A stretch of 22,356 bases of DNA. Origin: Candidatus Micrarchaeota archaeon. Its GTDB lineage: Archaea > Micrarchaeota > Micrarchaeia > Anstonellales > Bilamarchaeaceae. Both the position numbers and the translations under genes were made by a program. Positions 1 through 8,010 of the stretch are shown here, in pieces (positions within the stretch are counted from its first letter, which is position 1; the number at the start of each line of letters is the position of its first letter). The stretch covers positions 1 through 22,356 of the forward strand of contig JBGFRX010000024.1 in the NCBI GenBank assembly GCA_041694885.1. The letters are read 5' to 3'. Under the pieces are notes generated by a model, which was given only the letters and a program-made list of their open reading frames with translations, searched no databases and was not told the DNA's origin.

Positions 1-143
1 GCAGCGGGAAATGTGCATGGAGCCCGAAATGGCAGAAGTAAAAAATAATGAAAAGGATAGATGGGGGCTCATTTACTGACAGCGAAACTCGGAATGCAAA
101 ACCCGAAACAGTAGAATTGTAGGAAAAATTGGGCCTGCTGAGA

Positions 144-230
144 TTTCCACCTTATCAAAACATCACGTTTTTCTTTTGGGGTGACGCCATCAGACCTTTT
201 CTTTTTTCGCAAAAAGAAAAGGGATATTGG
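144..230 (-). other. tRNA intron 2 (87 nt, T-loop, about 59/60)
   Basis: Relaxed BHB: central helix TTCA/TGGA with bulges AA|C and AA|T. Removal restores the TTCAAAT T-loop. The exact junction is ambiguous within the A run. Confidence 0.8.
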
Positions 231-252
231 TTTGAACTCAGAACCTACGGCT

Positions 253-397
253 AGCTCAGGCAGTTAACACAGCTCGCGGAGAAGCAATATGTGGTTTTCA
301 GTTTCGTGTTTTGAGTTTCGTTACGAAACCCTGAACGCAAAACGCGCAACCACAGATTATCAGCTTCCGAGCTTAGCTGCTGTATTAAAGCGTGCCA
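253..397 (-). other. tRNA intron 1 (145 nt, canonical 37/38 position)
   Basis: Strict bulge-helix-bulge: central helix CTTA/TGAG, bulges TA|T and CT|A, outer helix GGCA/TGCC. Confidence 0.9.
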
Positions 398-745
398 TAT
401 AAGACCGTCGCTCTAACCTGGATGAGCTACAGGCCCAAAAAGCAGGCGCTGTTTGGGTTGTTCCGGATTTCATTGTAGAACCTATTCCGGTTTTCAGCCC
501 CGAAACGAAAGCTGCCAACGCACGTACGGGTGGATTCGGAAGGCAGAGCCCTCCGCAGCGGGGGGTAGGTAGGTTGGCAATAGGCGGGAGGGGGGCGGCG
601 AGCCCCCTTCCTGCATGTTGTTTTGTTGTTTCCTGTTTTCGGTTGCTGGTTCTGAAATGAAAGTAATGGTTTCTTTTTTTGGAATCGCTTATGAATATGA
701 ATTGGGGGTAAATGGTTTTAAATATTGATAGCACCTATTACCCCG

Positions 746-1207
746 ATGCCGATGAATTTAAAGAATTCGTTCAAAAGTTTCGCGAATCGCGTGGTCCATG
801 CCTTACGGATGGGTAAACTGCCCGACAAGGACGTGAAGATGATGGAGCGCCTTCTCCTCAGGACAGAAAAGAAAAACCTCATACTTTCAAGGGCTCTGCT
901 TTCCGCACTCGCTGGAGGGGAGCAGAGTGAAGCAGACGTGAAGAAGTTCGCTCACCTCCTCGAGATTGCGAACAGGCGCATAGTTGAGGGAAAGGAGCCA
1001 TTTTCCATAGAAGAGAAAAAGGGACTCGAGGAAATGTTCATGAGGCACTCGCTTTCAGTGAAGGCGGCAAGGAAGTTTGCTTTCGGCATAGACGAACTGC
1101 TTGCGATGGAGCTGAAGACGCAGATGGAAGGGGAAAAAGTGCTTCCAAAACAGAGTAAGGGGCAGCAGGAACGCAGGCGCGACGAAAAGGAAAGGCTTGT
1201 TCACTGA
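746..1207 (+). CDS. hypothetical helical protein
   Basis: Open frame at the head of a co-directional gene run. TATA-like TTTAAATA at 717-724 favours ATG 746 or 752 over TTG 725. No recognisable motif. Confidence 0.65.
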   Translation: MPMNLKNSFKSFANRVVHALRMGKLPDKDVKMMERLLLRTEKKNLILSRALLSALAGGEQSEADVKKFAHLLEIANRRIVEGKEPFSIEEKKGLEEMFMRHSLSVKAARKFAFGIDELLAMELKTQMEGEKVLPKQSKGQQERRRDEKERLVH

Positions 1208-1219
1208 GCAAGTGATATT

Positions 1220-1738
1220 ATGAAGATAAAACTCACCCCTGAACTTTCCTACCTCATCGGCTTGTGGTCCCGGGTGCGGAGTGCGGAAGGGCTCGGGATA
1301 GAGGCGAGTAAGGAGCTCCAGCAACTGTTCGCCCAGCAGGCGCTTGCGCAGAAGGTTGCCGAGTCAGACAAGCTGCTCTTTGAGGAGGGGAAAATATACC
1401 TCTACCATGGGAAATACAGGAAATTCTTCCAGGAAATAGAGCAGGAAAAGCTCGAAAGGTACAAGTACATAAACGAATATTCGGCAAGCTACCTCGCAGG
1501 GGCATTCGACGCAGCAGGTGGTATAAGCGAGCAGGGAATCGTATATCTCTCGAAATTCGGGAACAGTGACGAGCTGCTGCTTTCCCGCCTTGGATTCCCT
1601 GCAAGGAGGATAGATGGCCGGCTGGCTATAGGAAGACCCCGTGCATTCCTCGCATTCATAAAGAATTACACTAAGATGTTCCCGAACCATCCGGCGATGG
1701 AGATGCTCAGAAAAAAAAGAAGTAGGAGGAGCGGGTAA
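1220..1738 (+). CDS. stand-alone LAGLIDADG-fold protein, probably nuclease-inactive
   Basis: LTPELSYLIGLW and YLAGAFDAAG resemble the two LAGLIDADG helices; basic C-terminal tail. Confidence 0.7.
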   Translation: MKIKLTPELSYLIGLWSRVRSAEGLGIEASKELQQLFAQQALAQKVAESDKLLFEEGKIYLYHGKYRKFFQEIEQEKLERYKYINEYSASYLAGAFDAAGGISEQGIVYLSKFGNSDELLLSRLGFPARRIDGRLAIGRPRAFLAFIKNYTKMFPNHPAMEMLRKKRSRRSG

Positions 1739-1743
1739 GTAGA

Positions 1744-2130
1744 ATGGAGGAATTCACACTTAAAACATCTGGAAAAAGGGACGTGGTTGACATAACGGAA
1801 AGGGTCGCAAAGGCAATAGAAAGGCGGAATGGGAGCGCCTGCCTCGTATTCGTTCCGCACACGACCGCCGCGGTAACTGTAAACGAATACGAGCCTAACA
1901 TTAAGCAGGACTATGTGGACTTCTTCGAGCGTCTTGCGCCCGAGGGCAATTACAGGCACAATAAAATAGACGACAATGCGCAGGCCCACCTCGTTTCTGC
2001 GCTCCTCAATGCAAGCGTAGTGATTCCGGTTTACAAGGGGAAACTCATGCTTGGAACGTGGCAAAGGGTGCTGGTCGTGGAAGGCGACGGGCCAAGGAAC
2101 AGGACCGTCTACGTGCAGGTCTTGCAATGA
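1744..2130 (+). CDS. yjbQ: YjbQ/UPF0047 family protein (secondary thiamine-phosphate synthase)
   Basis: Motifs DIT, FVPHTTAAVTVNE, DNAQAHL, LGTWQ and EGDGPRNR. Confidence 0.93.
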   Translation: MEEFTLKTSGKRDVVDITERVAKAIERRNGSACLVFVPHTTAAVTVNEYEPNIKQDYVDFFERLAPEGNYRHNKIDDNAQAHLVSALLNASVVIPVYKGKLMLGTWQRVLVVEGDGPRNRTVYVQVLQ

Positions 2131-2828
2131 AAAAGTTCAGGATAATCTTCAATCCTTCCAAGGCCTGGGCAGTAGGAATTGCCAGGAAAGCGGAGTCGCT
2201 GCTGAAGTCGCGTGGCCAGGCCGTTGTTTCGGAAAAGGAAGACGTATGTGTGATCATAGGTGGGGACGGAACGATATTTTACAACAAGAACGAAATCCAA
2301 GGAGCTGTGCTTGGGGTCGGGGGAATGAAAAGCAAGGTGTGCCAGACGAATTCCGGGAATTGGAAAACGATGCTGGAGAAAGTGCTCAAGGCGAAAAACA
2401 TCCCTGAAGAGGAGCGCACTGCGCTTTCTGTGAAGATAAATGGAAAATATGCCGGCTGGGCAATAAACGATGCGGTCGTGCACGCAAGAAGGCACAATTT
2501 CGTGGAAATAACCATGAAAATCCGGAAAAATTCCTACGCTTTCGGCGGAGACGGAGTTATCGTAGCTACGCCTACTGGCGCAAGTGGTTATGCGTACTCT
2601 GCCGGCGGTTTCACTATAGACAAGTCGAACTACCTTGTCGAGGTTGTTGGTATCTGCCCTTACATGCGCTCTTTTACTCCGAAGCTCGCGCCAGTTGCCT
2701 CTGAAATAGAGATTTTGTGCAAAGGCGCAGCAGACCTCGTATTGGACGGTCAGCAGATAATCGAACTTGGTGAAAACGACAACATCAATATATGCGGCAA
2801 CCGCACTGTAAAGTTCGTGGAAGTTTAG
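2127..2828 (+). CDS. nadK: NAD(+)/NADH kinase
   Basis: Motifs GGDGT, AIND and GDGVIVATPTGASGYAYSAGG. ATG 2127 overlaps the yjbQ stop (ATGA). Confidence 0.92.
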   Translation: MKKFRIIFNPSKAWAVGIARKAESLLKSRGQAVVSEKEDVCVIIGGDGTIFYNKNEIQGAVLGVGGMKSKVCQTNSGNWKTMLEKVLKAKNIPEEERTALSVKINGKYAGWAINDAVVHARRHNFVEITMKIRKNSYAFGGDGVIVATPTGASGYAYSAGGFTIDKSNYLVEVVGICPYMRSFTPKLAPVASEIEILCKGAADLVLDGQQIIELGENDNINICGNRTVKFVEV

Positions 2829-2843
2829 GGGTTTAGGGGGCAT

Positions 2844-3098
2844 ATGGAACGGGAAAAAATACTTCAAACAGGAAAAGTTACGTTGCGTGTAACCATAGCC
2901 GGAATGTGGCAGAGGCAGGATTTTTTTGTCGAGCGCGAGGAAACCGCTTTCGGAAAAATTCCTTTCTTGGTTTGCAGGCGGAATCTGCCGCTGAACGAAC
3001 TTGTGCGTATTTCCGAGGAGAGCCAACTACCTGTGAAGTGCTCGGGGCAGAAGGTCTTCCCAAAAAAGAAAGGGCCGAAGGATTTTGTGGGGGTTTAG
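2844..3098 (+). CDS. small hypothetical protein
   Basis: 84-aa ORF continuing the operon and converging on radA with an 11-nt gap. Confidence 0.7.
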   Translation: MEREKILQTGKVTLRVTIAGMWQRQDFFVEREETAFGKIPFLVCRRNLPLNELVRISEESQLPVKCSGQKVFPKKKGPKDFVGV

Positions 3099-3109
3099 CC
3101 CTTTGGTCA

Positions 3110-5539
3110 TCAGTCCTTTATCCCTTCCGGCGTAACCTTGAACACGCGCTCGCCTTCCGGAAGATTGGGTGAATCCACTAAGCGCGCGATCCTTTTCTCT
3201 TCCTTGCTTTTTCTCACGTATATGCGGTAGGTCGCAGCGTGCGCGAGTACGTGCCCCCCGATTGGGGTCGTGGGATCGCCGAACATTATCGCGGGGTTGT
3301 CCATAACCTGGTTGGTTACATAGACCGCCAGATTGTACTGGTCCGCAAGCTTCTGGAGAAGGTGGATGTGTTTGTTGAGCTTCTGCTGCCTGTCGCTCAG
3401 CGCACCTCTTCCTATGTAATCAGCGCGGAAGTGCGAGGTAAGCGAGTCCACTATTATAAGGCGGACGTTGTTCTCTTTTATCAGGGCTTCGGCCTTTTCA
3501 GCTAAAAGTATCTGGTGATCTGAGTTTTCAGCGCGCTGTATGTAGATGTTCTTCAATACCTTGTTCGGATCCAATCCCTGGGCTTCTGCCAATTGGACTA
3601 TGCGATCAGGGCGGAATGTGCTTTCGGTGTCTATGAATATCACTTTGCCTCCAAGGCCACCCTGCTCAGGGGGTTTTTGCACATTCACTGCGAGTTGGAA
3701 GCCAACCTGCGAATTGTGCAGCCACACCGGCTTGAAGCCGCCGATGAAATTATGCGTCTCTTTCACGTGCAGATCATATATGTAACCGTCATATTTTTTC
3801 CGGGTTATGCTTTCTATCTTTTCCCATGCTATGGGTTGCGTTGCAATCGTCTCTAATGTTTTCATGTCCTTGCGCAGCGATTCGTCGCTTATTCTCGCAT
3901 CTATCATCTCGCCAAGCGCTGCGGCCAGCTGTGCGGCTTCTTTTGGCGGGATTCTGCGATTCGTCCAGTTCTGGAAGCTGCTTTTTTTCATTCCCAGTTT
4001 GGCTGCTATCTCAATGGATGTGAATGGGAGTTCCTTAAGCCAGTCAAGGATCGCCTTCTCCGTGGCTCCCTTGGAAATCTGCTCCCTTATCGCTAACATT
4101 TCCCTGAGCCTGGATGTGTAGAACCGGAGTGCTTCTGCTGATGTGCTCATGGTTGCGGCCTCTGAGTTGCTGTTTCTGCGCCTGCTTCCTGCCAGCTTCC
4201 CATCTATCCTCTTTATGAGCTTGCGGAAAGGAGCAGTGGCTATCCCATGGGTTTCGCATGTGGATTTGGATTTGGAAGACATTGGGGCCAAGTTCCTGGT
4301 TGATTCCGAAAGAAGGTCGCTTAGCTTTGCGCGATTGAAAGGTCCTGGGACGAATATTTTGTAGGTTTTCTCGTCTTTCATCCTTAAGGTGGTCTTCACG
4401 CCAAGCCGTGCGAGCAGGTACATCAGCCCGTTTGCAAGCTTCCTTGAAACCGTGCACATCTCCACGCAGTTGGAAATGTAGCTGTTGCCGTCTATGTAGC
4501 CGGAAAGGAATGCTGCTGCGGCTTTTTCGCTTCCATGCACTATTCGCTCTGGAACGTATTTGGTGTACGAATCCGTATACGCCAGTTCACCAAGGACTTT
4601 TTCCGTATCCTTGTATAGAAGAATCCTTTTTTTGCTGTCGCAGGTGGCCCGTCGCTTGAATTTCCGTTCTAAGAATTCCTGCACTTTGGAAACGATTTTT
4701 TCGTCGTAATTGGTTATGCTCAGGGGATTCGCGTTCCCTTCTGCAACGAACATTCCGAGGAAATATGCTTCATCGCTATCGCAATCCCCTGCTGTTTCAT
4801 ATTGGAAGCCCGCTGGTACGGCAACGTAGTCCCCTGCTTTCAGGTAGCCAGCTGGAATCCATTTCAAGCCCTCGCTGTCGAAAGTGAGGAGGGGGTGGTT
4901 CTCAGTAAGCTCCACTACTGCCCCGCGATCCGTCCTCAGGTCAAACGTCTCATCTGCCTTTTCCTTATAGAGTGCTGCGATTTTGCCTTTTTGCGGCCTT
5001 CCGTTCGCATCCATGCTCATTACCCAGATTTCTTTGTTGGGCACGGAAACGAAACCGCCTCCATATTCGCACTCTTCGCTCTTGTATCGTTCGTATATTG
5101 TTTCGATATCCTCTATGTGGGGAGCATGTGAATTGAAGAAAAATACAGGGGTTTGCTTTCCAATGCACTTTCCGGATGAAAATCTGCCGAACATTTCGGT
5201 TATGGACTGGGTTTCCACCCCTCCACCCAAAAGCTCATCCAACTCAGTTGAACTGGTTTTTATCCTGCCTATGTTTTTCCTCCTTTCGAGCACCTGGTCA
5301 GCTGTCTCGAACCCGATTTCCAAGGATGACTTGGCTGCCTCTATTGCTTTTTTCGCTGCTTCCACCCCGAAATCGCCCACTTCGGCGAGCTCGTGCGGGG
5401 TCGCGGACGCAATTCCTGCGATGTCCTTGTACCCTGCCACCTTGAGCCGCTCCGCAATAGCAGGACCTATTCCAGGAAGATCCTCCAAATCTTCGTACTT
5501 CCTGTATTTCGATTCCTTTTCGTCTTTCTTTTCAGCCAT
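3110..5539 (-). CDS. radA: DNA repair recombinase RadA, intein-containing
   Basis: N-terminal HhH (LEDLPGIGP), [16 protein letters not shown], Walker [23 protein letters not shown], Walker [23 protein letters not shown] 5539 follows a GGTGA RBS. Confidence 0.97.
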   Translation of the reverse strand: MAEKKDEKESKYRKYEDLEDLPGIGPAIAERLKVAGYKDIAGIASATPHELAEVGDFGVEAAKKAIEAAKSSLEIGFETADQVLERRKNIGRIKTSSTELDELLGGGVETQSITEMFGRFSSGKCIGKQTPVFFFNSHAPHIEDIETIYERYKSEECEYGGGFVSVPNKEIWVMSMDANGRPQKGKIAALYKEKADETFDLRTDRGAVVELTENHPLLTFDSEGLKWIPAGYLKAGDYVAVPAGFQYETAGDCDSDEAYFLGMFVAEGNANPLSITNYDEKIVSKVQEFLERKFKRRATCDSKKRILLYKDTEKVLGELAYTDSYTKYVPERIVHGSEKAAAAFLSGYIDGNSYISNCVEMCTVSRKLANGLMYLLARLGVKTTLRMKDEKTYKIFVPGPFNRAKLSDLLSESTRNLAPMSSKSKSTCETHGIATAPFRKLIKRIDGKLAGSRRRNSNSEAATMSTSAEALRFYTSRLREMLAIREQISKGATEKAILDWLKELPFTSIEIAAKLGMKKSSFQNWTNRRIPPKEAAQLAAALGEMIDARISDESLRKDMKTLETIATQPIAWEKIESITRKKYDGYIYDLHVKETHNFIGGFKPVWLHNSQVGFQLAVNVQKPPEQGGLGGKVIFIDTESTFRPDRIVQLAEAQGLDPNKVLKNIYIQRAENSDHQILLAEKAEALIKENNVRLIIVDSLTSHFRADYIGRGALSDRQQKLNKHIHLLQKLADQYNLAVYVTNQVMDNPAIMFGDPTTPIGGHVLAHAATYRIYVRKSKEEKRIARLVDSPNLPEGERVFKVTPEGIKD
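3713..5167 (-). mobile_element. intein (485 aa) with LAGLIDADG endonuclease domain inserted in the RadA Walker A motif
   Basis: Starts C ([10 protein letters not shown]); block [18 protein letters not shown] and [10 protein letters not shown]; ends IYDLHV...NFIGG...LHN|S. Confidence 0.95.
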
Positions 5540-5670
5540 CTCAATCACCATTGTTCTTGGTTGTTGGTGATTGAGAGAAATCCGCCATCCCCATGGTGGA
5601 TTGATCTAAAAAAGCGCGAGTGCATTCACGAAGCGCTTTTTTAGCGGGCTCAGTCACCATATCAGTCACA
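5539..5670 (-). promoter_or_regulatory. structured radA leader with RBS-sequestering hairpin and competing helix
   Basis: Perfect 12-bp inverted repeat 5539-5550/5565-5576 covers the RBS. 5649-5659 can pair instead with 5565-5575. Two further hairpins lie at 5579-5602 and 5606-5644. Confidence 0.6.
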
Positions 5671-5681
5671 TCTTGGAAAAA

Positions 5682-5936
5682 TCAGATCTCGCTCTGCTGC
5701 TCGCGTGGAGTGTTTGGAAACACCAGGAGTTTGAGCTCACCGATTCTGAGCGTGTAAAATTCATTGCCGTTCTTGCTTACGCTTTTCCACATCGCGCCCA
5801 CTCCCTTGAAGATCGTCTTTCCGTTCTGGTCGGTTATGGGCTGGACTATGCGCAAATCCGGCCTTCTTCCAGGCTCCCGGGTTTCCTGCTGCTCGCTTCC
5901 ACTCACTTCCTCAAAACCTTCATCTTCTTCTGCCAT
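5682..5936 (-). CDS. small DUF736-like protein, putative ssDNA-binding
   Basis: RPDLRI...VGAMWKSVSKNGNEFYTL resembles the DUF736 pattern (PD.R...VGAAW...S..G..Y). Acidic N-terminus; AGGTGAG RBS. Confidence 0.6.
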   Translation of the reverse strand: MAEEDEGFEEVSGSEQQETREPGRRPDLRIVQPITDQNGKTIFKGVGAMWKSVSKNGNEFYTLRIGELKLLVFPNTPREQQSEI

Positions 5937-6145
5937 GGTTCTCACCTTTTTCGCTTGGTCCTTTTTTGTCCGGGCTTTTGTTTTGCTCTTTCGGGCAGCA
6001 AAACGCTGCCTGGTTCGCGTTTCGTTCTATTATTAGCTATAATATATAAATATTGGAAGGGGTGCTTTCCGGTGGCTCAAAGAGGCAACTGACCTCATTA
6101 TCTCCATGTAATAAAACATAAAAATGTTGCCTGCAAAAGGAAAAC

Positions 6146-6658
6146 ATGCGATTTATCGCAACGATCGCGCTGGTTCTTCTTTTCGGTTGTTTAGGTGTAG
6201 GTGAAGAGCAAAATAAAAGCGTGAATTTCAGCGAATCGCTTGCTTTCGAGGACATCGCTTCTGATAGCAACAAAATAAGCGAACTCGACACCTCTGCTGC
6301 TGATGCGGTTTTCGAAGGCATGATTTTGGAAAGGGAAAATGTGAGCGTGATTTATTTCTACAGCCCGGAATGCGCTGCATGCAAACTCCTCGAGCAATGG
6401 CTCAGGCAGGAGAAGAAGAAATACAATGCGAGCGTGGTGTGGTTCGAGTACGACATAAGTACTGCTGACGGCTGGGAAAAATACCTGCTTTTCTCTGATG
6501 CGTACGGAGTTCCGAAAAACGAGAGTTATGTGCCTGTTGCCTACGTAGGCGGAACTTATTACTGGGGACTGGACGGGATAAGGAACGAGCTGCCGAAAAA
6601 AATCGAGGAGTGCCGTATTAACGGCTGCTATAGCCCGTTCGAGTTGCTTAAGGATTAG
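6146..6658 (+). CDS. secreted or lipid-anchored thioredoxin-fold protein
   Basis: Signal peptide with lipobox-like LLFGC, YFYSPECAAC (CxxC) and cis-Pro motif YVP. Confidence 0.85.
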   Translation: MRFIATIALVLLFGCLGVGEEQNKSVNFSESLAFEDIASDSNKISELDTSAADAVFEGMILERENVSVIYFYSPECAACKLLEQWLRQEKKKYNASVVWFEYDISTADGWEKYLLFSDAYGVPKNESYVPVAYVGGTYYWGLDGIRNELPKKIEECRINGCYSPFELLKD

Positions 6659-6679
6659 CGTTGCGGCAGTTTGCGGGCA

Positions 6680-7213
6680 TCACAAGTAAACGAGCGGCAC
6701 AAATTTCACTTTGGTTTTTCCTACTAGCATTTCGCCCCAGAAGTCCTTCGTTGCCACTACTGCAAACTCGGGCGAATAAGTGGAAATGAAGCTGTGCATG
6801 CTTTTCGTTATGCATGGGGATTTGAACTTCTCGAATTTGACTTCGACTGGAACGATGCGCTTCCCTATCGAAACGACGAAATCCACCTCAGCTTTCGCCG
6901 TGGTACGCCAGAAATTCAGCTGCCCGCCTTCGAGGAGGGCATGAAGCGCGCGGAACGCGAATGTTTCTGCGAGCTGGTCTTTATCGCTTCTTGTTTCGAG
7001 GGCTGCGAAATTCTCCACTGAATAGTTTCTTAAACCGGCATCGTAGAAGTATATTTTCGGGTTTTTCCTCAGCTCAGTTACCATATTGCCGTGGAAGGGG
7101 CGCAGTGATTTTATCACATATGTCTGCTCCAAAACGTCCAGCAGGTGCGTTATCTTCCTGAAATAGCCGCCTGCGTTTGTCGAAAGAGATTTGTAGGAAA
7201 CGAGATTGCCCGA
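6680..7213 (-). pseudogene. 5'-truncated AAA+ ATPase/DUF4143 gene (C-terminal part only)
   Basis: SGNLVSYKSL...LLDVLEQTY, PKIYFYDAGLRN, FWRT..AEVDFVV...PVEVK. No Walker A domain; the frame is cut at the 43-bp repeat and hits TGA at 7226-7228. Confidence 0.85.
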
Positions 7214-7214
7214 G

Positions 7215-7257
7215 GATGCGGGGGATCATGGCGCACAAAAATGCCTGCTCGTTCATC
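7215..7257. repeat. 43-bp direct repeat, copy 1 (copy 2 at 8802-8844 inside the coaD-yjjX 3' end)
   Basis: GATGCGGGGGATCATGGCGCACAAAAATGCCTGCTCGTTCATC is identical at both positions. Confidence 0.97.
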
Positions 7258-7293
7258 TCGCCGCAGTGAAACGCAGTATTTATCCAATTCTGC

Positions 7294-7319
7294 TAAACTT
7301 AACTAAAGTGTTAAGTTTA
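7294..7319. promoter_or_regulatory. inverted repeat, probable AbiEi autoregulatory operator
   Basis: TAAACTTAAC-N6-GTTAAGTTTA directly upstream of abiEi, next to AT-rich TATA-like sequence. AbiEi antitoxins are known to bind promoter inverted repeats. Confidence 0.7.
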
Positions 7320-7344
7320 TAAACTTTAAATAAATAACTTGCAC

Positions 7345-8010
7345 ATGGAACTTGAAGCCCTGAAAAAACCAGTAATAACGCTCGGCGACGTTGCGAAAGT
7401 CCGGAACATATCCAGGGCAAGCGCCGGAGTGGCGATAACGCGGCTGGCCAAAAAAGGCAAAATCCTGAAACTGGAAAAAGGCAAATATGCGATAAGCAAT
7501 GACGTGTTCGCGGTCGCATCCAACATAACGCACCCGTGCTACATATCGTTTGCTGCCGCGCTCTACCTGAGAGGTATGCTCCAGCAGACCGTAAGCGAGA
7601 TAGCCGTAATGAGCCCGAAAACGAGAAAGCCTCTGGAATTTTTCAGGGTGAGGATCAGGTTCGTAAGGACAAGTACGAAAAACTTATTCGGTTACGAGCG
7701 CATAAGGCGCGGCGGGTTTTTCGCATTCGTTGCTGAGCCGGAAAAGGCGGTCGTGGACATCGTGTGCAATCCGTCCTATTATCCACTCTCTTACCTTGAC
7801 GAAGTGGTGGGCAGCATAGATGTTGAAAAATTAGAACGCTATCTTCTCCGGCTGGGCTCGGTTTCTGCGATAAAGAGGGTTGGGTACATCCTCGAAAAAA
7901 ACGGGTTGCGGACGGGTTTGAGGAAGAATGCGAAGTTGCTCAGGGGAGTTCATTACCTCATTCCGGGGAAAGGGAGCACGTGGAACAAAAAATGGAGGTT
8001 GTACGTATGA
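7345..8010 (+). CDS. abiEi: type IV TA antitoxin, AbiEi family
   Basis: N-terminal winged HTH (LTRLAKKGKILKLEKGKY-type), PCYISFAAAL and AEPEKAVVD. Confidence 0.88.
   Translation: MELEALKKPVITLGDVAKVRNISRASAGVAITRLAKKGKILKLEKGKYAISNDVFAVASNITHPCYISFAAALYLRGMLQQTVSEIAVMSPKTRKPLEFFRVRIRFVRTSTKNLFGYERIRRGGFFAFVAEPEKAVVDIVCNPSYYPLSYLDEVVGSIDVEKLERYLLRLGSVSAIKRVGYILEKNGLRTGLRKNAKLLRGVHYLIPGKGSTWNKKWRLYV

Larger units (their letters stand above)
130..436 (-). tRNA. tRNA-Ile(UAU) with two introns (positions 37/38 and 59/60)
   Basis: Exons 436-398, 252-231 and 143-130 join to GGGCCTG TA GCTC ATCCAGGTTA GAGC G ACGGT CTTATAA GCCGT AGGTT CTGAG TTCAAAT CTCAG CAGGCCC A, a complete cloverleaf. Anticodon TAT is at 401-399; CCA is not encoded. 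Confidence 0.93.

Noticed and set aside
1..70. GAGCCC/GGGCTC inverted match, possible RNA gene at the window edge
   Set aside because: Too short and truncated; no cloverleaf can be built.
144..230. Possible box C/D guide in intron 2 (CTGA and GTGATG)
   Set aside because: The boxes are in the wrong order and incomplete, and no guide target is evident.
360..734. 124-aa minus-strand ORF
   Set aside because: It runs through the tRNA and hairpin region and has no protein-like motifs.
2109..3026. 305-aa antisense ORF and other long shadow ORFs over radA, the helicase and purF
   Set aside because: They lie opposite well-supported genes and carry no recognisable motifs.
5975..6145. Short hairpins (GTTTTGCT/AGCAAAAC, AGGCAAC/GTTGCCT) in the divergent promoter region
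   Set aside because: Stems of 7-8 bp with no recognisable family; insufficient support for an ncRNA.
7074..7256. 60-aa ORF starting MNEQAFLCAMIPRI
   Set aside because: By-product of the 43-bp duplication read out of frame into the ATPase remnant.
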